Assembly (NCBI GenBank): GCA_943789165.1
Contig: CALSTB010000003.1
Span: 391,454 to 455,453 of the forward strand
DNA: 64,000 nt
Source: an uncultured Bacteroidia bacterium
GTDB lineage: Bacteria > Bacteroidota > Bacteroidia > NS11-12g > UBA9320
Direction of reading: 5' to 3'
A program made the position numbers and the translations under genes. Position 1 is the first letter of the stretch, and each line of letters starts with the position of its first letter. Positions 38,151 through 46,832 of this stretch are shown piece by piece. The notes under the pieces were generated by a model that did no database searches, was not told the DNA's origin, and saw only the letters and a list, made by a program, of their open reading frames with translations.

Positions 38151-40286
38151 ATGAAACCCTTCATTACCCTTCTTTTTTTATCCGCATTAATTGGTTTTTC
38201 TTTTAATGATGTGAAAGCCCAAAACGTCGCCCTTCACTTCGATGGGTCTGACGATTTTGTTCAAACCACGTACCCAGGAATTTCAGGCCAAAATTCTAGA
38301 ACTGTTGAGGCCATGATTCGTACAACAGCCAATTGCGATCCAAACAACAGTGGAAAACAGAAGGTGATTGTGGATTGGGGGACCACTAGTACTGGCGGTC
38401 GTTTTACCTTAAACATTCTGTGGGGAAATGCCTTAAGATTAGAAGTTTCTGGATCGGGCTTAAACGGTCAAACAGTTATCAACGACGGTAAATGGCACCA
38501 CGTTGCGGCTACCTATACACAAGTTGGAAAACAAAATGAAATTAAGTTATACGTCGATGGCGTATTGGATACCAGTGGTTCTATTCCCACCTCTGTCAAT
38601 ACCGGTTCGTCCGTTAACATGCGCATCGGTCAACGTGTTGATGGGGTTAACAATTTTGAAGGAGATATTGATGAAGTTCGCATCTTTAGTCATGTGCGCT
38701 CTCAGTCTGATATAAAGGCTGATATAAATAAAGAATACTGTAATTATCCAAAAGGTTTGGTGGCCTATTACAAACTCAATGAAGGCAACGCTGGTTCTAG
38801 CAATTCTTCTAATAAAACAGCAAAAGACTATTCGGGAAGCAAAAATGGTACACTGACAAACTTTGCGCTTACGGGTACTTCCTCTAATTGGATTACCGGC
38901 GACACCTTAACAGGCGGTGATTCGAAATCCACCATTGATGCCTTCGGTTGTTATACCTATACAAGTTCTGACGGAACCGTGTATTCTTCTCCTGGAAAAT
39001 ACACCACTACCATGACCAATGCTGCTGGTTGTGATTCAATCATTACGTTGAATGTGACTTTGGGTCGTGTGTATCATTTTACGCGTCATACAGCGTGCGA
39101 CTCTTTCATTACACCTCTAGGTAATGTGCATTACCAAACAGGCTTTTACAGAGACACATTGGTTGGTGTTACGCCAAAAGGCTGTGATTCTGTATTAATC
39201 ATGGAGGTAAAAATCAACCACAAGTTAGAAACCCAAGAAGATTTGGTGGTTTGTGATTCTACTTCTGTTGATGGCAAATGGTATTTCTCGGATGTAAAGC
39301 TTACCCAAGAAGGTTCGGCGGTTACCGGTTGTGACTCTGTACACACAATTGATATTACTGTGAATGAATCTAGCACCAACACGATTTTTGAAACGCATTG
39401 TGATCGATATAAATCTAGCTTGGGGAATACCTATACGAAAACGGGTATCTATAAAGAAAAGCTGTCGAAGGCGAATAAATATAAGTGTGATTCTGTAATC
39501 ACAATCGACTTAACAATACACAACAGTTCTGATCTGTATTTCCCTGTGAGAGGTTGTGACTCGTTCACTTCTCCTTCTGGTAAAGTCTATGCGGTCACTG
39601 GCGTTTACACCGAGAAATTTACAACGCAATTCGGGTGCGACTCTACGGTCGTTTATGACTTGGTTTTGTATGAAACAAAACAAGTTGAAGACAAGGTAGA
39701 AGCTTGCGATTCTATCCGCATCAACGACGTTTGGAGAACAGTTTCGGGCATTATAGAATTTACTGAAACCACAGCTGCTGGCTGTGATTCATTTGTTACG
39801 GTTGACTTACAGGTAACCAATGTAAACAACAACGTGGTAAAGTCTGGACACACATTGACGGCTAATCAAACTGCCGATAGCTATCAGTGGTGGGATTGTA
39901 AAACAGAACGACCGATTAAGGGTGCATCTTCCATGTTGTTTACCGCGCCATATTCCGGAACATTTGCCGTGGATGTAACTCTAAACAATTGTACCAAAAG
40001 GTCTGATTGTTATGATGTGATTGGTTTGGGTATTGATGAAATTAATAACGCCAACTTGGCCTCAATATCACCAAATCCATCAACTGGAAGCTTTAGGATA
40101 GAATCGGTTAACGGCTTAGCCATTAACAGTATCCGCATTATGGATGTTAACGGTCGATTGATGTATGAAGCCTTAAACATGTCCGAATCCACTATCGAAC
40201 TGAGTACAGATTTATCCGCTGGTGTTTATCATGTTACCATTGGCATGGAAAATAATACAGAAGTAAAGCGAGTTATTATTCAGTAA
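38151..40286 (+). CDS. T9SS-secreted LamG/concanavalin-like lectin-domain protein with six tandem two-Cys modules
   Basis: Signal peptide; a LamG pattern (ALHFDGSDDFVQT...GKWHHVAATY...LYVDGVL...FEGDIDEVRIF); six ~44-aa repeats each ending GCDS....(L/V)..(V/I); and the C-terminal sorting domain ISPNPSTGSFRIE...GVYHVTI. Confidence 0.8.
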   Translation: MKPFITLLFLSALIGFSFNDVKAQNVALHFDGSDDFVQTTYPGISGQNSRTVEAMIRTTANCDPNNSGKQKVIVDWGTTSTGGRFTLNILWGNALRLEVSGSGLNGQTVINDGKWHHVAATYTQVGKQNEIKLYVDGVLDTSGSIPTSVNTGSSVNMRIGQRVDGVNNFEGDIDEVRIFSHVRSQSDIKADINKEYCNYPKGLVAYYKLNEGNAGSSNSSNKTAKDYSGSKNGTLTNFALTGTSSNWITGDTLTGGDSKSTIDAFGCYTYTSSDGTVYSSPGKYTTTMTNAAGCDSIITLNVTLGRVYHFTRHTACDSFITPLGNVHYQTGFYRDTLVGVTPKGCDSVLIMEVKINHKLETQEDLVVCDSTSVDGKWYFSDVKLTQEGSAVTGCDSVHTIDITVNESSTNTIFETHCDRYKSSLGNTYTKTGIYKEKLSKANKYKCDSVITIDLTIHNSSDLYFPVRGCDSFTSPSGKVYAVTGVYTEKFTTQFGCDSTVVYDLVLYETKQVEDKVEACDSIRINDVWRTVSGIIEFTETTAAGCDSFVTVDLQVTNVNNNVVKSGHTLTANQTADSYQWWDCKTERPIKGASSMLFTAPYSGTFAVDVTLNNCTKRSDCYDVIGLGIDEINNANLASISPNPSTGSFRIESVNGLAINSIRIMDVNGRLMYEALNMSESTIELSTDLSAGVYHVTIGMENNTEVKRVIIQ

Positions 40287-40328
40287 CCTACTGCAAAGGT
40301 GGGCCAAGAATACCAGTATTCAAAAAGC

Positions 40329-41648
40329 ATGTTTAAACAATTTAGTATCCTTCTAATTCTCCTTGCGTTTAACTTGACGCCTAATTGTTTTGCTCAGGAA
40401 GCGGCTATACAGTTACCACATGGCAACTTTTTGTTTGTCGGCGTTGAAAGTGATATTAAAGTTGTGTTGAGCAACGTGGCAATTGATCGGGTGATTATAA
40501 AAACTTCCGACAACCTTCTGATAACTGAAACCGATAGTTCGAATACGATTGTCGCAACCGAGCGTGGTAAAGGCGTCATCCACGTTGGTTATACCAAAAA
40601 ACGGGACACAATATGGGTCGATTCATTGACTTTAGAATTAAGGAGTTTACCAAAACCTAAAGCTTTATGGGGTGTTTATAATTCCGAGACAACAATATCT
40701 CGAGATGCAATAGCGATACAAAGACGGCTCAGAATACATTACGATTTACCAGGAATAGTTATAAAACAAAGTTGGGATGTTGTTTCCTATCGTGTTTATG
40801 TCTTTGATGCACTATCTCAACGCTTTTTTTACTGCAAAGGAGCTGGCATTCCTGATTCAGTATCACAATTCATACACAATAACGCTCGTGGTAAAATATT
40901 GATAGACCAGATTGTCGTTAAACACCGAAACACAGGGGGGGAAAAATGGCTTTCGCCAATATTATTATACGTTAGTCAAAGCTACCAGAACGATAGCATT
41001 CGATATGTCAATGCCACGATTAAGACAAAGAATAAAGAGTTACACAAACTAGCATTGATTAAAGACGACTTGCAGATTAACGAAATATTCGAAACAGTCG
41101 ACTCTGGCATAATTTCAACATTTGGACAAAACTATCGAGTTGATCATTATTACTTAAATGGAAAGAAATATCACAAAAACGTTTTTAATGAATTAGGTCA
41201 ATTGAACGTTTCCATGGCCCGCATCAGTGATCAGCAATGGGTGTACAAAATAGTAAATACAGAAGGCACGCCAATACTCAAAACAACAATAAATGATACA
41301 CTAAAATTTATTGGAACCAATGGACTCCTTAGTTTAATAGACCACGTAGGACTGCCCAACCCTGATAATTTTGATTATGAATTGGTCGCGTTTTATCACA
41401 AAACAGGGCTTACACCAATTGATTCGTTTGCTGCTTACTACGACGAAGGTCAAATCAAAATAAGGGGAATGCTTGCAATTCGTAAATGGACAAAGCACTA
41501 TATTAATGGCCTCGAATGTGGAAATATTGCTATTGAAGATTATCCAACAGACATTGTTGTTATGCACGGTACCTGGACCTACTATGACGAAACTGGAAAA
41601 GTGATTGTAGAGCGGGTGTATAATTTGGGAAAGTTGGTGGAGGAATAG
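40329..41648 (+). CDS. Secreted hypothetical protein: GldM_C-like N-terminal half, MORN/YwqK-like C-terminal repeats
   Basis: Signal peptide MFKQFSILLILLAFNLTPNCFAQ. LFVGVESDIKV...LELRSLPKPKALWG...ISRDAI...VVSYRVYVFD resembles the GldM C-terminal domain pattern. The C-terminus (HGTWTYYDETGKVIVERVY) is MORN-variant-like. Confidence 0.45.
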   Translation: MFKQFSILLILLAFNLTPNCFAQEAAIQLPHGNFLFVGVESDIKVVLSNVAIDRVIIKTSDNLLITETDSSNTIVATERGKGVIHVGYTKKRDTIWVDSLTLELRSLPKPKALWGVYNSETTISRDAIAIQRRLRIHYDLPGIVIKQSWDVVSYRVYVFDALSQRFFYCKGAGIPDSVSQFIHNNARGKILIDQIVVKHRNTGGEKWLSPILLYVSQSYQNDSIRYVNATIKTKNKELHKLALIKDDLQINEIFETVDSGIISTFGQNYRVDHYYLNGKKYHKNVFNELGQLNVSMARISDQQWVYKIVNTEGTPILKTTINDTLKFIGTNGLLSLIDHVGLPNPDNFDYELVAFYHKTGLTPIDSFAAYYDEGQIKIRGMLAIRKWTKHYINGLECGNIAIEDYPTDIVVMHGTWTYYDETGKVIVERVYNLGKLVEE

Positions 41649-41678
41649 ATACCAATCTTTAGTCATACTTTTGATTTC

Positions 41679-42551
41679 ATGAAAAACGCCATTGGTTACC
41701 TGATCGAACAAATCATCCGTGGTTGGATTAACATTACTGGCCGAACAATAGATTTTGATACTGAGTCTTGGTTAGATAGTCCGATGGCCGATAAAAACTA
41801 TGTCGGTTCTGAGTTTTATAACGACTTAGCCTCTAAGCGCAACTTAACGATACAGCCTTCTCCTACTGCAGGACTTTTAGAGAGCTTTGACATGCTTTCA
41901 AACGACGTATTTGACGCCAAGAAAGTCCATCCCTCTATCACACACTTTTACGAACACACATCTGAATATGGTTTAGAAGCTTGGAGTCATTCCGCGTTCC
42001 CATCTCGCATATTTCTTTGGATACTCACCACTTTCGTTAGTCGGAGGATGAACCAACTCAACTTTCCAGTAACGTCTATGGAATTGGCAGGAGGTATGCA
42101 AAGCGAAGTATTACCTATGTTCGACGATAAAGGTGTACGTCAATTCACGGGTTGGTTGAGGAAGCTTTCCAATCCTACAAAAGTGATTTATACCGGATTG
42201 TATTCTAGTCGTAAGCCACCTAAATGTGTTCAAACATGTGTTAAGGTTAGTTTCCCGCTTCCCATGGGGAGTTCAACGGTTTTCCTTAAGCCTCAAAACG
42301 TAGATGACGGTAGTTTTAGACTTGAATCTTCAGGTACTGGTTTTGGCGACTCTGGATATTATCGAATGGTAAAAACCAACTCTGGTAAGGTGCGTGTTCG
42401 TTATCTACGCACTTTAAAAGAACAGTTTCATGTGTTTCAAGACGCAGATGGAACGTTAAGAACGGACCACAATGTGCGATTTTTAGGGTTGCCTGTTTTG
42501 GTGTTGCATTACAAAATCTACAAAAAGAAAACAGCCAACGAAACAGCCTAA
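41679..42551 (+). CDS. Hypothetical protein (possibly DUF4166-like)
   Basis: No signal peptide. HFYEHTSEY.LEAWS and later beta-rich segments recall DUF4166. This assignment is weak. Confidence 0.35.
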   Translation: MKNAIGYLIEQIIRGWINITGRTIDFDTESWLDSPMADKNYVGSEFYNDLASKRNLTIQPSPTAGLLESFDMLSNDVFDAKKVHPSITHFYEHTSEYGLEAWSHSAFPSRIFLWILTTFVSRRMNQLNFPVTSMELAGGMQSEVLPMFDDKGVRQFTGWLRKLSNPTKVIYTGLYSSRKPPKCVQTCVKVSFPLPMGSSTVFLKPQNVDDGSFRLESSGTGFGDSGYYRMVKTNSGKVRVRYLRTLKEQFHVFQDADGTLRTDHNVRFLGLPVLVLHYKIYKKKTANETA

Positions 42552-42573
42552 GCTGCCCCATTGGCTGAATCAC

Positions 42574-44949
42574 TTACCTATTCACAATGATCCTCGCATT
42601 ATAGACCTGACTTCCTTGAGTCACCTTTACGATGTATATACCGTTGCTCAATGTGCTAACGTTGCTTTTATACAGTCCGCTGTCCACTTTTTCTATAGTA
42701 ACAGGTACTAGCTTACCATTTAAATCTCGTATCACGATGGTCGTCAATGGTGCCTTGTTCTCAACTTTAAAATACATCACATCACTACTTGGATTCGGGT
42801 ATATGGTGCATACCAATTCTTTTGATTGTAGGTTGTGAATACCTACTGTTCCCACATGAACAGTTTTATTAATGGTGTCCCAACAACCAAATTCATTGAT
42901 ACCGAAAAGCGACACGATGTAGTCCCCTTTCTGTGGGTACGACCAGATAATCTCAGTTTTGCTTGACGTGTCGTCTATGTTTAAATTAAACACCCAGAAC
43001 TGGTTCGACTTATCTATTGAGGTATTTGTAAACCTAACCGTATCCCCAATGTTTACAATTAAGTCAGTATGCGACATCGACATATCTGGTCCTTGTTCAA
43101 CCCTTACAACCGACGTTGCTTTTGATGTCCCACAGCCGTTTTCAGCCGTTATGTTGACTTGATAAGCTCCTGATTCATCGTACGCGTACATAAAATGTGG
43201 TAATCCTGGATCGCTCATTAACGTATTTCCATCGCCCATATCCCAGGTGATGCTTTTTGCTCCTTGCGCAAATACGTCAAAGAAAAAGGCTTGGTTCACA
43301 CATTGCGTTTGCGGATAAAAATAATAACTAAGAGAAGGATTGGCGGTATGGTCCAATACCACGAGCGTATAGTATGCAGTGAGGTCGGATCCACATTTGT
43401 TTTGGGCGGTCGCTTTTACCAAATGCTCTCCTTTACCAAATGTTTTAAAAACACGTTCTCCCATCATTGAAGAACCATCTTTAAAGGTAAATTTTGGGTT
43501 CTCCAATGTATATCCCTCTGCCTGCATGGCTAAGGCGATGGTATCGTCTTGACATACTGGCGTTCCTTCGTTGTTATAATCTGCATGTATTGTAAGTCGT
43601 GGTTGCGCATCATCCGCAACTTTGACGTACGCCTGGGATTGCTTACTAAACCCACACGCGTTACTCTTGGTGGCTTTGACAGTAAAGTTATCAGCCGTAG
43701 TATAAAGGTGGGTCAACTCTCCAATCGTATCCATATATCGCTTTGTTGTACCGTCACCGAAGTCGATATCCAAAGTATCGCCTTTATACAACCAAGGTGG
43801 GTTAAATCGTATGATTTCTCCTAAACAGTATTGGTTGCGGTAACTATTAATAGAAAAGTTAAACACGTCTTGTCCAGTTCCAGCCGTAACCGGTTTAGAC
43901 GTTGAATACGGTGAGCCACAAGCATATTCGAAAGTGGCTTTAACGGTGTACGTTCCATTACTGGTATAAGAATGGTTTAATGACGCATAGTCGGCTAAAG
44001 TATCTATTGTTCCGTCGCCATAGTCAATAATCGTACGTATCGCACCTTGAGAATTGGCTGATCCGCGTAATCTTTCTCCAAGACACATGTCAGCGTTGCT
44101 TATGTAGATATTCCCACTACGCATAAGGTTGGTGGTAACATTTACCTGTTGATTGGCCGTATCCGAACCACAAGCGTTGTACGCGATGGCTTGTACGTCA
44201 TATTGACCAGCAGTTTTATAGATGTAATCAAATTCATCTAATTGGGTTGTTTTACCATTACCTAACATAATGCGCAGACTGTCGATCGGAGTGTTTCCAG
44301 GCCATACATTAATGTTTACAATTTGCTCAGGACAAACTTCCATTGGGTTGACACTTAAGCCCGCTTGTGGCTTCCCTCTTGAGTCACTGACTATGGATAC
44401 CGTCTCAGTATGATCTCCCTCGCCACAGAAACCCTTAACAGATAGTGAAATGGTGTACTCTCCGTTTGTTTTATAGGTGTGTTTGGGAAACAGCATGTTC
44501 GAGGTAGTCCCATCGCCAAAATCCCACCTAAGGCTGTCGTAACCCTGAATACTGCTCCACTGAGAAATACTCAACGTGGTGCCCAAACAGTAATAACCGT
44601 TGTTGCTGGGCTCAGCAATGCTAAAACCCGTTTCAATTTTAGGCCGTACACGAATAAATATGTCCGCCGTATCCGAAGTATTACCGTCTGTTGCAATTAG
44701 GCGCACGAAATAGGTGCCCGTTTCTCGAAAATTCTTAGTTTTAATTGGGTTGGTGGTCGACTGTGTAACCGTGCCATCTCCAAAACTCCAATGATATAGG
44801 TTTGCGCCCTGGCCGGTGTATGTGAAAATAACGTCTTGTCCAGAACAAATGTTGCTGTCCGACACATTAAACTCCGCGGTCACCTGAGCTTGGCTAAAGG
44901 TGACAAAATATAGGCTGAATAGGGTAAGTAGAAATAAATGTTTTTTCAT
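42574..44949 (-). CDS. T9SS-secreted multi-PKD-domain protein
   Basis: Signal peptide; at least six PKD signatures (W.FGDGT / DFGDGTT / DYGDGT / DMGDGN); and the C-terminal sorting domain IYPNPSSDVMYF...GIYIVKV. Confidence 0.85.
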   Translation of the reverse strand: MKKHLFLLTLFSLYFVTFSQAQVTAEFNVSDSNICSGQDVIFTYTGQGANLYHWSFGDGTVTQSTTNPIKTKNFRETGTYFVRLIATDGNTSDTADIFIRVRPKIETGFSIAEPSNNGYYCLGTTLSISQWSSIQGYDSLRWDFGDGTTSNMLFPKHTYKTNGEYTISLSVKGFCGEGDHTETVSIVSDSRGKPQAGLSVNPMEVCPEQIVNINVWPGNTPIDSLRIMLGNGKTTQLDEFDYIYKTAGQYDVQAIAYNACGSDTANQQVNVTTNLMRSGNIYISNADMCLGERLRGSANSQGAIRTIIDYGDGTIDTLADYASLNHSYTSNGTYTVKATFEYACGSPYSTSKPVTAGTGQDVFNFSINSYRNQYCLGEIIRFNPPWLYKGDTLDIDFGDGTTKRYMDTIGELTHLYTTADNFTVKATKSNACGFSKQSQAYVKVADDAQPRLTIHADYNNEGTPVCQDDTIALAMQAEGYTLENPKFTFKDGSSMMGERVFKTFGKGEHLVKATAQNKCGSDLTAYYTLVVLDHTANPSLSYYFYPQTQCVNQAFFFDVFAQGAKSITWDMGDGNTLMSDPGLPHFMYAYDESGAYQVNITAENGCGTSKATSVVRVEQGPDMSMSHTDLIVNIGDTVRFTNTSIDKSNQFWVFNLNIDDTSSKTEIIWSYPQKGDYIVSLFGINEFGCWDTINKTVHVGTVGIHNLQSKELVCTIYPNPSSDVMYFKVENKAPLTTIVIRDLNGKLVPVTIEKVDSGLYKSNVSTLSNGIYIVKVTQGSQVYNARIIVNR

Positions 44950-45079
44950 GTTTTTTTGTTACAAAGTTGGCAATGACAATCATCACAATACCTGTCGACA
45001 ATCAGTGGTTTTACCTGATTATCGGCACCTCATTTGCACCAAAAATTTTCTAACTTATTGGGTTACACCTAAATGAATT

Positions 45080-46126
45080 TTACATCAATACATCATTCAC
45101 AGGTTTGATTGGTTCGGGTAAATCTGTTTCCCCAATCATTTCTAAAAGATCTATTTCAATCGTTCTACAAAGCGCTAACATGGGTATGTCGTTACCCAAT
45201 CCCTCAAAAGGGTTTTCAGAATAATCACCGATCAATTCCATCATTAAAAACACCCAGCCTACAATCACCGTAAATGGTATTGATAGCCATGCACCCCAAT
45301 CACTTAAATCGTGAAACTCAGTGACTAGACCGAAAGGTAAAAGAAAAATAAACAGGCCCACAAACACCAAACTCATACTCCCATATTGACGTGGAAGCGG
45401 AAACTTTTTAATTCTTTCTGCCTTCCCTTGGTGGGTATAAAAGTCATTTAAGATTTTCTGAAGCTCCATGTGTCTGAAATCGTCGATTAAATTTTGCTCC
45501 CGGAACTCTTTCAAATCCTGCGCCTGACGATCAATTATTTGCGTAGCCGTATTTTGGCTGTTAATCAATTTGTCAATTTCTTCTTGAGGAAGACAACGCG
45601 GTAATTCGAATTCAGTAATCTCATCTGCGTAAAGTCCGATGCCAAATGTTTTAAAGTTGGATATCGCTTTTCTGCGAACCAATTTACCTTGATTAATGTG
45701 TTCCCATTGAGTCGGAATTAACAATTGACTTCTTAAAGAATATAGCCAAGCAATATGGCGGTAAACCATTCTTTTATGAACGCCCTTGATAAAGTCGTCC
45801 CCTGATGGGTTTTCTTGAAACTGGCTAGTGATATATGCCCTTACATTCGCACCCCACATTCGGCTGCTGTTCACAATCGCACCCCAGATTTTTCTGGCTT
45901 CCCACAACCTGTCGTATGAACTGTTGTTTTTAAACCCGACGTAAAAGGCAACTGCGGTACCCACCAAAGAGACTGGTAACCACGGCACTTTAAACGCATG
46001 AATATTCTTCTCGTGAAGAAACTCAATAAATAGTGGAACGAGGGTGGCCCACACCGAGAGCCAAATCAGATGCCCACCAGAAAAGGCCATAACGCCTTTA
46101 AAGGTGAAGTTTTTTCTTACAAACAT
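45080..46126 (-). CDS. Bestrophin/YneE (UPF0187) family ion channel
   Basis: SYDRLWEARKIWGAIVNSSR, TM pairs at both ends, and a C-terminal NPFEG..NDIP, as in bacterial bestrophin homologues. Confidence 0.7.
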   Translation of the reverse strand: MFVRKNFTFKGVMAFSGGHLIWLSVWATLVPLFIEFLHEKNIHAFKVPWLPVSLVGTAVAFYVGFKNNSSYDRLWEARKIWGAIVNSSRMWGANVRAYITSQFQENPSGDDFIKGVHKRMVYRHIAWLYSLRSQLLIPTQWEHINQGKLVRRKAISNFKTFGIGLYADEITEFELPRCLPQEEIDKLINSQNTATQIIDRQAQDLKEFREQNLIDDFRHMELQKILNDFYTHQGKAERIKKFPLPRQYGSMSLVFVGLFIFLLPFGLVTEFHDLSDWGAWLSIPFTVIVGWVFLMMELIGDYSENPFEGLGNDIPMLALCRTIEIDLLEMIGETDLPEPIKPVNDVLM

Positions 46127-46767
46127 TACGCGTCAGTCCCCAGGTTATAAATTTCCTGGATGTCGTGGAGCATTTCGTCAAAGTCAAGCTTCAAATCAAT
46201 GAGTTTACCTGTCTTGATATCAAACACCCAACCATGTACTTCTGGAAATTTGTTTTGTAGATACTGACGTTGTACGACAGCCGTTTTGGTCACATTTACA
46301 CATTGTTCTTGAACGTTTAGTTCAACAAGTCTATTGTAACGATCGTTTTCGTCCGCTATTGCATTTAACTCGTCTTTATGAATACGATATACATCGCGGA
46401 TGTTGCGCAACCACGGATTAAGAATGCCCAAATCCTGAGCCTGCATCGCTGCCTTTACACCACCACAAAAATAATGGCCACATACAACCACGTGTTTAAC
46501 TTTTAGATGCGCAACCGCGTATTCAATTACAGACATGACGTTTAAGTCAATATTGCTTACCACGTTGGCAATATTTCGGTGGACAAATACCTCACCTGGT
46601 CCAGCGCCCATAAGTTCCTCGGCAGTTACACGACTGTCGCTACAGCCTATATATAAAACTTCAGGATTTTGTCCTTGCGATAACTTTTCGAAAAAGTTAG
46701 CATCTGTTCCCTTGTTCTTTTCAATCCACTTTTTGTTGTTCTCAAAAATCGCTTCGTATGTTGTCAT
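46126..46767 (-). CDS. can: Beta-class carbonic anhydrase
   Basis: Zinc ligands and active-site motifs: IGCSDSRV, VHRNIAN, VVCGHYFCGGVKAA. The stop overlaps the bestrophin ATG (TAATG). Confidence 0.9.
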   Translation of the reverse strand: MTTYEAIFENNKKWIEKNKGTDANFFEKLSQGQNPEVLYIGCSDSRVTAEELMGAGPGEVFVHRNIANVVSNIDLNVMSVIEYAVAHLKVKHVVVCGHYFCGGVKAAMQAQDLGILNPWLRNIRDVYRIHKDELNAIADENDRYNRLVELNVQEQCVNVTKTAVVQRQYLQNKFPEVHGWVFDIKTGKLIDLKLDFDEMLHDIQEIYNLGTDA

Positions 46768-46832
46768 AATTTTCTGTTTTTTAACTAACACATAAACCTA
46801 ACACTGATTCATATTGGTCAAAAATATTGATT

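Noticed and set aside
38938-39822. Regularly spaced DNA repeats (ggttgtgattc...) that might be mistaken for a CRISPR-like array
   Set aside because: The repeats are in-frame coding repeats of a secreted protein, diverged at the DNA level, with no spacer/repeat architecture and no cas genes nearby.
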